Source: Flectonema sp. DT1601
Taxonomy: Eukaryota
NCBI GenBank assembly: GCA_964019425.1
Contig: OZ025786.1
Span: 682,001 to 746,000 of the forward strand
Reading direction: 5' to 3'
Length of the DNA: 64,000 bases
The position numbers were made by a program, and so were the translations under genes. The notes under the pieces were generated by a model that saw only the letters and a list, made by a program, of their open reading frames with translations, was not told the origin of the DNA and searched no databases. Shown here in pieces: positions 49,009 through 59,205 of the stretch. The number at the start of each line of letters is the position of its first letter. The first letter of the stretch is position 1.

Positions 49009-51636
49009 CTAAACTGCGATTCCTCTTCCTTTCGACCTCTTCCTGCTGAACGATTGAGACAACAAGTCATCACCAGTTGGGGATACCCCACCTGAGGATG
49101 AGAAGTTTCGGGAACGACGATTGATCCTCACAGAACCCTTACTGCGAGGAAGTGAATTAGGTGACGATCTGTCGACATCACCTTTTTGACTGTTAACAAG
49201 ATCACTGTCACCTCTAAGTAATGCAATAGAAAGATCACTTCCACCAGGACCATTCTGACGTCTAGTAGGACGTGTGATTGGAGCACTATTTGCAGACACC
49301 GCACGACCTAAATATTTTTCTGGATCTTTTTCAACTGTTCCTCTATCGACACCCTTATCAGTACCATGTTTAGTAACAATACTATGAATAGTATCCGAAG
49401 CAATCCTTTCTCCGTCAGGGAGTTCTAGTAATTCATCGTATGCAAGTTTTGCTTTTACCGGATCGCCAGTTGCAAGACAGCCCTCGAACTTTATTCGAGC
49501 GAGTTTTATCAATTCAGCGTCAGACCTGTCGATTCTGATTGAAGAGTGACCTCTTCGGAGTGTATTGTGAGAATTTGAAAGAACTTCATCATTGATTCGA
49601 TGAAACTGAACGTTACTTTCATTCAGAGGAAAGTCAATTGAGTCTGGGTGATCGGAGGATGAACTCCCCTTTTCAGTCATTTGGACGTTCGTAAATGATT
49701 CATCGTCGGCTGTTTTCCATTCTAATTCTTGGAGTTCTGTTCTTCTTCCTTTTGAGAATATATAAATCTCGGCTATAATATCCAATATTGTTTTTAAAAT
49801 TAGGAATGCAGCTGCAGCTAGAAGGAGTGGAGGAGCCCAATTAAAACCCCAATGGCTTCTGTCTTCGGAATAAAATCCAATTGCCATACAAAGCAATGCA
49901 GTTCCTTGTAGACCTAGTCTTATGGGATCCATAACATTATCACGTGTTCTTGAATGAGGTTTGATTCGCATATCTGCAGCTACCGCAATAAAATTAACCA
50001 AAGCCATGATAAGTCTCGCTGATCCACATTGCTTCATAGATTTAGTATTTACCACCGAAGCAGCTGCGATACAAGCCATTAAAATAAAATCAGCAATAAC
50101 AAAATAAGACCACTCTTGTTTGTAAGTTTTAATCATAGTTCTGTATCTATGTACCCAATGTTGTTTTTTAATTAAAGAAACCCACTCTCCTGGTCCAATT
50201 AAGAAGTTTCTGAAACCCGTAGGAAGAGGATCCTCCAAGCGGAATCGACCTTTTCCTCTAATCTGACCTCTTCGAATCCGAAAAGCAACCCATGTAGGGA
50301 TAGCTAACAGGATTAAAGCAGTAGGAATTCCCAAAATTCGGAGTAATTTATTCTTCGGAGAAATAACCATTTTAAAAGCACCCTGAATAGTTCCTTGGTA
50401 CAAGAATAAAAAGACGTATAAAGGTACGCTGGGGAACTTTGTTATGGCTTGAGGATCTATTTGGTCTGGACTGGATTTGAGAACTTTTGAAATCGGAACA
50501 ATCGCATTCTTAACAACCAAACAAGCAGCTTGGCATATCAAAAAGACCATAAAGACTATCAGCATATTTCCAACAACTACACCAGCAGCATCAGAGTTCA
50601 AAACAGTTATCTGTGTTGGATTTAGTGGCCAAGGGAGTTTCTTTTCCTTCTCATCACAAGATCCATCAAGCAGCAGTACCAATACTGGTGCTGCTGGTCC
50701 AGCAATCAGTCCAACAACACCAGCAGTGGTTGCTATCGTCTTCGCCTGTTCCTCCGAGAACAAGAAGTCTTCATTTAAAATAATTGGTGCAGTAGTATTT
50801 AATGTCACAGCTATTGATGAAGTGCTATTGTTCGTTGGAACCGGCGTTGAATTCGCTGATGGAGCATTCGTCCCACCCGCAGGAGCATTCGTCCCGCCCG
50901 CTGGAGCATTTGTCCCACCTGCAGGAGCATTTGTCCCACCTGCAGGAGCATTTGTCCCACCTGCAGGAGCATTTGTCCCACCTGCAGGAGCATTTGTCCC
51001 ACCTGCAGGAGCATTTGTCCCACCTGCAGGAGCATTCGTCCCACCCGCCGGAGACGAAGTCGAAGAGCTACTTGGCTGAATAGTTGGAGACGAAGTTGGA
51101 ACAGCAGTCGGCACGTTTGTCGGGACATTAGTCGGCGTTGCTGTTGGTACCGCAGTAGGTACCGCAGTAGGAACTGCTGTAGGCACAGCGGTAGGCACAG
51201 CGGTAGGAACTGCTGTAGGCACCGCCGTGGGGATAAGAGTCGGTACAGCAGTAGGAACTAAAGTTGGTACCGCAGTCGGAGTATCTGTCGGTATCAGTGT
51301 CGGTACCAACGTAGTCGGAAAACATTCTGCCGTACAACAAACACAAGTCACACCAGCCTTCTTACAGGTCTCAACAGTGGGTGCATTGAACGTGTTGTAG
51401 TATAGTTTTGCGTTATTATTAGTGTTTACGTAACACCCTAGTGGCCAATTTACAGCAAATTCAGGTAAGAAACTACTTCTAAAAGTCGCAGACGTTGCAA
51501 GTGCTCCTGTCACGCAATCAGATTCCGCGACGTTATAAAATCCAGCAATGGTGCAATTATCCAAACTAGTAACCGCGTGGTACTCACATACTGCGCTCAC
51601 CATTGTTATTGGTAGTAGTTGTATGAGGACTCTCAT
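49009..51636 (-). CDS. Cell-surface multi-pass membrane protein: signal peptide, Cys-rich head, PT and APAGGTN stalk, about 7 TM segments, cytoplasmic tail
   Basis: Architecture is visible in the translation. Confidence 0.9.
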   Translation of the reverse strand: MRVLIQLLPITMVSAVCEYHAVTSLDNCTIAGFYNVAESDCVTGALATSATFRSSFLPEFAVNWPLGCYVNTNNNAKLYYNTFNAPTVETCKKAGVTCVCCTAECFPTTLVPTLIPTDTPTAVPTLVPTAVPTLIPTAVPTAVPTAVPTAVPTAVPTAVPTAVPTATPTNVPTNVPTAVPTSSPTIQPSSSSTSSPAGGTNAPAGGTNAPAGGTNAPAGGTNAPAGGTNAPAGGTNAPAGGTNAPAGGTNAPAGGTNAPSANSTPVPTNNSTSSIAVTLNTTAPIILNEDFLFSEEQAKTIATTAGVVGLIAGPAAPVLVLLLDGSCDEKEKKLPWPLNPTQITVLNSDAAGVVVGNMLIVFMVFLICQAACLVVKNAIVPISKVLKSSPDQIDPQAITKFPSVPLYVFLFLYQGTIQGAFKMVISPKNKLLRILGIPTALILLAIPTWVAFRIRRGQIRGKGRFRLEDPLPTGFRNFLIGPGEWVSLIKKQHWVHRYRTMIKTYKQEWSYFVIADFILMACIAAASVVNTKSMKQCGSARLIMALVNFIAVAADMRIKPHSRTRDNVMDPIRLGLQGTALLCMAIGFYSEDRSHWGFNWAPPLLLAAAAFLILKTILDIIAEIYIFSKGRRTELQELEWKTADDESFTNVQMTEKGSSSSDHPDSIDFPLNESNVQFHRINDEVLSNSHNTLRRGHSSIRIDRSDAELIKLARIKFEGCLATGDPVKAKLAYDELLELPDGERIASDTIHSIVTKHGTDKGVDRGTVEKDPEKYLGRAVSANSAPITRPTRRQNGPGGSDLSIALLRGDSDLVNSQKGDVDRSSPNSLPRSKGSVRINRRSRNFSSSGGVSPTGDDLLSQSFSRKRSKGRGIAV
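50861..51315 (-). repeat. Coding repeats: 9 x 21-bp (PAGGTNA) at 50861-51049 and PTAV-type 12-bp repeats at ~51090-51315
   Basis: Seen directly in DNA and translation. Confidence 0.95.
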
Positions 51637-52261
51637 TTTATTTTGTATTTTTTTTACACACGTTCTATTAATTCAACCTTCACTGGCTGAGCATAGGACG
51701 TAGTGCCTAACTGATTGAAAGAGTGAATGGTAATTTGATAAAGAAATAACATAAAAAAAAAAAACAATCAGACTTCTACTACTTTGTCCATCTCCTACTG
51801 CTGTTTCGAAAGTAACAATATCACTCGTTTATTAACCATAATGAACAAATCCACCGAGCCAGGAGCATTGAAGAGCTTCGGAGGCGTCAGGCCTACGCAC
51901 AAAATACAACACGAATTGGGATCACTCTGGTGTTCACCAGGAAACTCTTTTTGAGGTGTTGGTGATATGTATAACAAAATTAATTGTGAAGTAAGAAGAA
52001 ATAGTAATTGCTACAAAAGTCAGATTAATTTATCTGTTTTTGTTTATTACACAAACCAGTTTGACAAGCAGAAGATTTCTTTTGGTAACTGTAATGCAAG
52101 CAAGTTAACTCACAGCCAAATCTCGTTACAACTTTTTTTTTCCTCATTTTCCTTTCTTTGTCTGAATCGAAAAAAAAAAAAAAAAAAAAGAGAATTATCA
52201 CTGGGAATTTTCATAAAAAAAAGTGTTTTTAAAAACAACCTTGAACTACATTTTTAGATAT

Positions 52262-52855
52262 TTATGCACTAAGAGTACCCTTTGTGGATGGTACACCAGC
52301 AGAACTGTCTCTAGTGAGTGCCGTTCGGAGAGCAACAGCTGTTGCTTTGAATGCAGACTCTGCTCTGTGATGATCATTAAATCCTTTTAGAGTATCAACG
52401 TGTAGAGTAATACGAGCTTCTCCAGCGAATGATTCAAGAAAGTGAGGAACCATCTCACAGCTAAGTGTCCCAAGCATTTCTCTCTTCAACCCAAGATCTA
52501 TTGAAGCATGAGGACGACCAGAAATATCTACAACAGCTCTACTAAGAGCTTCATCTAAAGGACAGTACGCGTGACCGTATCTTTGAATTCCGATTGGTTC
52601 TCCGACAGCCATTTTAAAAGCCTGACCAAGAGCTAGTCCACAATCTTCAGTTGTGTGGTGATCATCGATATGGAGATCACCTTTACATTTAATTCTTAAA
52701 TCCATTCTGCTGTGTTTTGTTAATGCTTGAAGCATGTGATCTAAGAATCCAATACCAGTGTCTACATCAGATACTCCTGTTCCGTCGATATCTAGTTCTA
52801 CGAGAATCGAAGTCTCTTTTGTACTTCTCTCGATTTTTCCTACTCTCTCAGACAT
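52262..52855 (-). CDS. HIS3: Imidazoleglycerol-phosphate dehydratase
   Basis: [47 protein letters not shown] and VPSTKG motifs. Start MSERVG at 52855 preferred. Confidence 0.97.
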   Translation of the reverse strand: MSERVGKIERSTKETSILVELDIDGTGVSDVDTGIGFLDHMLQALTKHSRMDLRIKCKGDLHIDDHHTTEDCGLALGQAFKMAVGEPIGIQRYGHAYCPLDEALSRAVVDISGRPHASIDLGLKREMLGTLSCEMVPHFLESFAGEARITLHVDTLKGFNDHHRAESAFKATAVALRTALTRDSSAGVPSTKGTLSA

Positions 52856-53495
52856 TTCTATTAAGCGCTTATTGTGTAAAAAAGACTTGTGTGAATAACA
52901 TTCCACTATTTTAATAACTACAAAACTACAAAACAGATTTTTTTTTTTTTTTTTTTTTTCATTTCTTTTTTTTTAGTAACCTTCGCAAGACAACAATAGT
53001 GTGTTGTTACCGAAATAGAACAGAAATACACAAACAACAAGATTAAGAAGTGGCTGCCTTTAATTTTTTTTTTTTTTTTTTTTTTTTTGGAAGCAAGCAC
53101 CAGGGGCTAGACAGAAAAGGAATATCTTTCTTTCCTACTTAACTCAATAGCATTAATGACTTAACAATAAAGATCATATTTTTTTTTTTTTTTTTTTGAT
53201 CATTGTTGAATGTAAAAAAGTTACTGATAAGGACAAGAATATGAGAATGAAAAATATCGAAGACGGCGCAAATAGATTCTTTTTTTTTTGTACCTACAAA
53301 CCCATTGTTCGGTAGAAAGAGAATTGTGGCAGCGTAACTAACCTATTCCTTTATTAGGATTTTGTACCGGTTGCGCACAAACAAAAATAAAAGTGTGAGT
53401 AAGTAAAAAAGTGAAGTTTGCCGATTCTTTTTTTTAAGTGGTGACTTGTCCCCACTAACTCACTCTCACTCCTTTAGAAAACAAACTTTAAATTT

Positions 53496-53538
53496 AATAG
53501 GAGACCAATTCACAAAAATTGTGAATTGGTCTCCTATT
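53496..53538. repeat. Perfect 20-bp inverted repeat with 3-nt spacer
   Basis: AATAGGAGACCAATTCACAA-AAA-TTGTGAATTGGTCTCCTATT. Confidence 0.95.
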
Positions 53539-53609
53539 CACAATCTTTGTAAATACTCTCTCACTCTTTTAAGACAATAATTCGTACTACTCGACAGTTG
53601 TTATAAATT

Positions 53610-54167
53610 TTATTTTCCCTTTTTAGCTTTTATTTCTTCAATTTCAGTTTCAAACATCCGATGAACCGTAAGTTTTGGAGTTGGTGAATGTCTCAAATCA
53701 ACAATAATTCCATCCTGAGAAGGACACATAATCAAACAAGCAAACAAATATGTATCAGGACGAGGGGTTGATTTCAGAGGCTCAAGTCGAAGATGGAGTA
53801 TTGGTAACATAGGAGTTATGAATTCTTCATAAGAAGGAGAGATGTTAACGATTGCTTTACTTACAAGTGGCCAAGACTTGTTGATGTGCCCGTCTTTCCA
53901 AATTGCTTCCAAGATTGGTCTATCGTAATGTATTATCTTCTTTGCGATATGGCAAACCTCACCAGTACAGAACATCGTGACTGTTATTTCTTTACCGCTT
54001 GCGGTTAGATTGTAGCGTACGAGACATCCTGGTCTCGCTGTTTGATAAAGTATGGTTTTTTCTTCAAGAACTCGATTTATTTTCTTATTATTCGCGACTT
54101 CTCGTTCCGGGATTTTTATAATTTCTCCCGTCTCCATGCTGTCGTCTACAAATCTGTCTTGTTTCAT
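53610..54167 (-). CDS. Hypothetical protein (185 aa)
   Basis: Homopolymer-free ORF with an A-rich ATG context on the cluster strand; no recognised domain. Confidence 0.75.
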   Translation of the reverse strand: MKQDRFVDDSMETGEIIKIPEREVANNKKINRVLEEKTILYQTARPGCLVRYNLTASGKEITVTMFCTGEVCHIAKKIIHYDRPILEAIWKDGHINKSWPLVSKAIVNISPSYEEFITPMLPILHLRLEPLKSTPRPDTYLFACLIMCPSQDGIIVDLRHSPTPKLTVHRMFETEIEEIKAKKGK

Positions 54168-54767
54168 TTTGTTTTTTTTGTTTTTTTTCTTGTACCTAGA
54201 AAATCGTAGAATATGGTAATGTCCAAGCGTGATTCAACTTCATAAAAATTTAATTTGGAGATCCTTTGCAAATAAAAACATTGTTTGTTCTCAATGAGAT
54301 TGTGTCTTTGATTTGTTGTTGATACAACAAAACAAAAAAAAAGGGAAGAAAGAAAAAAAATAGATCCCCCACGGCAAATAGTATTACTGCCGTGTAATTA
54401 ATTCCTCCTAGGTGGAAAAAAAATAAGAGGAAAAAAAAAACAAGGCAAGCTTGAAAAAGCAGCCCACACGAAACATAACGAAAAAGTTTTTGCCGCGGTA
54501 AAAAAAAAGGGGAAAAGAAATTGTAAAATGAGTCCTAAGCACTTAGAAAAATACCAACACTCATCTGAAGTATAACTTTCTCGTTGAATGATTTCGCAGA
54601 AGTTCACCTTTTACCCTTAAATATTCCTTTTCGGGTAATCATTCAAATTCCCAGACCACACCACTCGTCATCTCAGAGTATTTACGCAACTAAAAGCAAC
54701 AACTTGTGTCCGTAATTGTAAAACTATGAAATCAGCTCTCTCTGCGAAACCACATCAAAAGATATAA

Positions 54768-56864
54768 TTATAAATTATTACGAGCTTTGAGTGCCCGCAA
54801 CCGCATGTTTGTCGTTGATTTCCGATACAAGGCGTTCATTTTAAGATTTGTTATAGCCACATTTGATTTAAGGCGACCGTAATAATATCCCAAGATTCCG
54901 AAATCTGTTCCACGAAGAAGGTGTTCGATGGCTTTTCTTCGTTTATCGTCTTCCTGGTTTAGAAAGTTGAGAGATTGCTCAACAGACTTTCGAATAGTTG
55001 ATACGGAATTTGGAAACTTCTCTTCAGCTTCTAAAAAGGAACTTCTATAAAGAACTAAACAAGCTGAGTGTTCAGCAGCTAAAACTGTCTCACGTCGTTG
55101 ATGAACATGTAAAAGAGCAAGTTCCCCAACACTGTCTCCACTACAAAGAACTTGTGGAGGACCCTCATCGTGTTGGTTAACAATAACGCTACCGCTTGAG
55201 ATGAAATACATGCTGTCACACCAGTCTCCACGAGCATATACTTCTTCACTCTTATAGAATAATCGAATCTCTAACCTATCCATCAGGAAATGTAAGAAAG
55301 AAACGTCTTTTACAACACAAGACAGTAGTGGTACTTTACATAGGGCGACTTCACCAACAAAGTGATCAACGCGGACTTGTAATTCCAAAGGGAGATCAGA
55401 TAAAACTTCAGAAACAGCTCCGTGTAAACGACTTGATTGATGCTCAAAATAATTATAATGTTTTGCTTCTAAGTATACTTGACGTGGGAAACCTTTGTAT
55501 CTCAATGCATCTCGTATACAATCGAGATTGTCGTTAAGTCTTCCCTGAGCAGATCCTGCATGACTTCGTATTTGGGTTCCAATAGTGGCTATAATTGTGG
55601 CATACATACAGACACCAAGACATGCAACAATTTGTTCAAAAATAGTTTGTTTGTCCGTATGAGGTACGGGAGATCCACGACTCATGCCAGCCATTGCTTT
55701 TATCGCGTAGTCACATCCCAGAGTGAATTTGTGAAATACAGTCGTGTCCGCTTCGAAAAAATGAATCAGACTACTATTCCAAGCCAGGGTTGCCTCTTTA
55801 CCTTCATGAAGATTAAGCGCACACCAAGCTGCTGCAACAAAACAAGTGACGTATGCGAATAAAAAAATACTTCTCCCAACTCGTTCGACGAAACTTGATC
55901 CAGTTAGTGTCATCGTTCTCACAAACTTGTCAGTGGTATATATCGAGAGAAGGATACGATTTAAACGAGCGTATGAATTGTAATTCAGAAAAGGTAACCA
56001 ATAAATAGGAAGCAATGCAATAATATTGTACACAAAATGTCTCGAGAAATACCGTTCACGAATAACTTCTCTACAAACTGTCGTTAATCCTTGCAGCTTT
56101 GCTGGACGATAGAAATCAACGAGGAAAAGTTCACTAATTAAAATAATATCGGTAACAGAATCTGTTAACAACCAAGACAACGAACCTTCAACCTGCAAGC
56201 TGACCCTGACAAGAGTTGTTATTGTAGCATAGCAATATGTAGTTAGAAGAAAGGGTTGCCAATATTTATCAAACCTCTCAAAGAAACCAATAAACTTATC
56301 ATCTTTTAACTGTTGTTCCGTCGCATACAAAACGCTATTGTGAATTTCTTTTACATTAATACTGCTTTCAGTGCTTTGAGTGGATTGTCTACCTGTTGTA
56401 TACCTCTGAGAAACTTGTGATAGTGTTGGACTAAATAGGGTTATTTCTTCGTTATCGAACACAGAAAAGTTTCGAGGACTTAGTAACAACGGTTCAGGTT
56501 TAGATAGTTTTCGTTTACGAGGAGAGTCATTTAGTGGTTTACTACTATCACTCATAGTCGCAAGACGATTTCCGTTATTACTCAGTCGTTCCAATGAACT
56601 TCTTCTTGGAGACGCAAGAGTTGTTTCCAACACATCTTTGAGTAAAAAAATCTCAGCAAGCCCTCCCTTTACATCATTATCCCTCGCTAAGAGGTCAATT
56701 ATTTTTCCAATCCTTTTCATTATATTATCATAATCGTCATCTTGGAGTCCTTCGATATTAACAGCGTCGGGTAAACACAGTTGTGGTAATATTTGGACTG
56801 CAGAAGTTCCTTCAGTGAGACAAAATTTTACATTGTTCACTTCTTTGCTCTCATCCTCTTCCAT
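54768..56864 (-). CDS. Cyclic-nucleotide-binding-domain cation channel (CNG/HCN/KCNH superfamily-like)
   Basis: Six TM segments, pore region, C-linker (LSDLPLELQ) and cNMP domain (GDWCDSMYFISSG...GDSVGELALL...RRETV). Confidence 0.9.
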   Translation of the reverse strand: MEEDESKEVNNVKFCLTEGTSAVQILPQLCLPDAVNIEGLQDDDYDNIMKRIGKIIDLLARDNDVKGGLAEIFLLKDVLETTLASPRRSSLERLSNNGNRLATMSDSSKPLNDSPRKRKLSKPEPLLLSPRNFSVFDNEEITLFSPTLSQVSQRYTTGRQSTQSTESSINVKEIHNSVLYATEQQLKDDKFIGFFERFDKYWQPFLLTTYCYATITTLVRVSLQVEGSLSWLLTDSVTDIILISELFLVDFYRPAKLQGLTTVCREVIRERYFSRHFVYNIIALLPIYWLPFLNYNSYARLNRILLSIYTTDKFVRTMTLTGSSFVERVGRSIFLFAYVTCFVAAAWCALNLHEGKEATLAWNSSLIHFFEADTTVFHKFTLGCDYAIKAMAGMSRGSPVPHTDKQTIFEQIVACLGVCMYATIIATIGTQIRSHAGSAQGRLNDNLDCIRDALRYKGFPRQVYLEAKHYNYFEHQSSRLHGAVSEVLSDLPLELQVRVDHFVGEVALCKVPLLSCVVKDVSFLHFLMDRLEIRLFYKSEEVYARGDWCDSMYFISSGSVIVNQHDEGPPQVLCSGDSVGELALLHVHQRRETVLAAEHSACLVLYRSSFLEAEEKFPNSVSTIRKSVEQSLNFLNQEDDKRRKAIEHLLRGTDFGILGYYYGRLKSNVAITNLKMNALYRKSTTNMRLRALKARNNL

Positions 56865-56982
56865 ACTTGTACGGCTTTTGATGTTACTACATTCTGAAGA
56901 GAAAATATATTAACGAGAGATAATGAACACAATAAAACAGTCGATCGTAGGCATTTAGTTTTGCATACTACGTTGAAATTGA

Positions 56983-57708
56983 TCATTTGGTTTGAAATAT
57001 CCCTTTCCAGTTTAAAGCAATACAATAATGAGATTCAAAAAGTATTTCATTCGAAACACTGCTAGGTCTTTGTTTTAAAGACCGATACGGATTACGAGTA
57101 GCAGTCCAGAGATACCAATTAACTTCTTTATTGGAATCATCAGACTGCTTAGTGTCAAGTGAAGCAGCTATATTGTCAATAACCTCTTCGTCTGCATCAC
57201 ATTCAGTTGCAGAATAAGATGTTATAATTACAGGGGTTGTGTTGCTGGTTATTAGGAGTGACTTTACTGCTGGCTTCCAAGAATCGTATCCCCAAATGCC
57301 AGCATTGAAGCAAAAAACTGCTGTTGATTTGGGTCTCGGTATTTTAACATAATCTTCATAGGTCGATTTTATGAATACAAATTCACTCTTATCCTCTGCA
57401 TATGATATTTTCTGTAAATTGGATAGTTCGGTTGGAACGTGCGGTCCTATTAAAATCAGTTTCAGTTCGATTCCCGATGAGGACGTTTTTTCTGTCAGTG
57501 TCTTAAAGCATGTTCTCACAGCATCAGTTGTTTTTCCTTCTAATCCATCACAACCGACTAACTCGATTATTATGTTTTTATTTAAATTGATTCCAAGTTT
57601 TTGAAAACACCACAAAATTGTGTGGCTACGGCATTCTAGTAAACTGTGGTCAGGGTCCATTCCCTCATCCCATCCTCCCCATGAGTCGTCATCAATAATT
57701 ACTTCCAT
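56983..57708 (-). CDS. ZMYND15/Mss51 C-terminal-like (methyltransferase-fold-like) protein
   Basis: LILIGP, FNAGIWGYDSW, TSYS..E and NPYRS motifs. Confidence 0.7.
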   Translation of the reverse strand: MEVIIDDDSWGGWDEGMDPDHSLLECRSHTILWCFQKLGINLNKNIIIELVGCDGLEGKTTDAVRTCFKTLTEKTSSSGIELKLILIGPHVPTELSNLQKISYAEDKSEFVFIKSTYEDYVKIPRPKSTAVFCFNAGIWGYDSWKPAVKSLLITSNTTPVIITSYSATECDADEEVIDNIAASLDTKQSDDSNKEVNWYLWTATRNPYRSLKQRPSSVSNEILFESHYCIALNWKGIFQTK

Positions 57709-58321
57709 CTGTGGCTTCGGCGTTCTAATGAACTGCGATCGTCAGCTACTACTTCCTGTATAGATGATAAATATAAAAATATTTTTTTAAACAAAAAAAA
57801 ATCCACTAAAATAGTGAATAGAAATTATAGAGAGAGAGAGAGAGTGTGTGTGTGAAGAAATGATGATTTCCCAGTACTGCTTGCATACGTACAAAAACTA
57901 CAACCCACGACATCTATCGGTTGATTAAAAAAAAAAAAAAAAAGCAATACTAAAAAAAAAAAACCAATTTCACAAAACAAAGAAAGGAAGAAAATACAAT
58001 AACGCTAGATTTGCATTATATAATTCATACATATGTGGTGTTGTAGAAAAGCTTTTTTTAAAAACTCAAAAAAAAATTAGTAGTTTTTTTCTGATACCTT
58101 TCAAGAATGAGGATTTCAGAAATGATATCCTATTAAGAATAACAACAAGTTGAATGCTAATTGTCGATTAAGACAAAAACTACTACTTAGTACATTTTAA
58201 ATTAAAATACAATACGAGAATACACAAACTACGGATGTTAAAGTCCGATTTCTCACAAAAGCATCATTTCTAAAATAAACTAAATAAACTTCATTAAATA
58301 AAAAAAAAAAAGAAATGTCAA

Positions 58322-58888
58322 CTACAATCTCTTATTAAGTGTAAATTTTGGTGACGAAGGATGATGACGAGGTCCAGTTCTTGGTTTTAAACTCAAAGGG
58401 TATTCCCCATTCCATTGACGAGGTGTCTGATCTGTTGATCTACTTGCAGAACTACTACCCACAAGAGATGAAAACGATGAATGAAACGTATTAAACGATG
58501 ACGATGAAGCGTGAAAAGACGTAGAACCAGAAGGATGAATCAAGATCTTATCACCAGAAAATGACACCGAAGCAGATTTCATTGAAGCAATTAGCTGCAT
58601 CAATTGTTCTCTATATACCAACGGTACTGATGGGGTTTTCATGTCTTCTTCTTTTAAGAAATCTAAATCACTCAAACTTTCAATTCCTAAATACTTCAGT
58701 CTTTTAAGTACTGCATTTGCTCCTTTACCAATTCTGTCGACCATCAGTTTCTGGAGTTGTTGCCATTCTGAATTCGCTCTCACAGAATCAATCGACTCTG
58801 TGAGCGGTAACATTCTAAGAGCCAATCCTTTCTCAAGTCGTGTCTCTGATACAAAAGATGTGCTAACAGCAGGGTTTACTCTGGTCAT
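58322..58888 (-). CDS. SAM-like domain protein with Ser-rich tail
   Basis: LKYLGIESLSDLDFLKEEDM...VPLVYREQL resembles a SAM helix bundle. Confidence 0.7.
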   Translation of the reverse strand: MTRVNPAVSTSFVSETRLEKGLALRMLPLTESIDSVRANSEWQQLQKLMVDRIGKGANAVLKRLKYLGIESLSDLDFLKEEDMKTPSVPLVYREQLMQLIASMKSASVSFSGDKILIHPSGSTSFHASSSSFNTFHSSFSSLVGSSSASRSTDQTPRQWNGEYPLSLKPRTGPRHHPSSPKFTLNKRL

Positions 58889-59205
58889 TTTGTTATTGTT
58901 TTTTTGTTAAAGATGATAACTGTTTTTTTTTTTTTTTTTTTTTTTTGAAAAAATTTAAGATTTAATGAAAAAAACAAGAACATTCAAAATCAACGATTCC
59001 TTTTTTTTTTTTTTTTTTCTTTTTTTTTTTAACATAAGTCAAAAAAAAAAAAAAAAAAAAAAAAACGTAACTTTATAGTGTAAGTGATACGTCGATAAAA
59101 AAAATATTACGACGTAAACAAAACTAATACTATCGATCAGACCATGATAATGGTTTAACTGATTATTAAATTAACAGAAAAAGACTTAAGAGATATAAGT
59201 AATCA

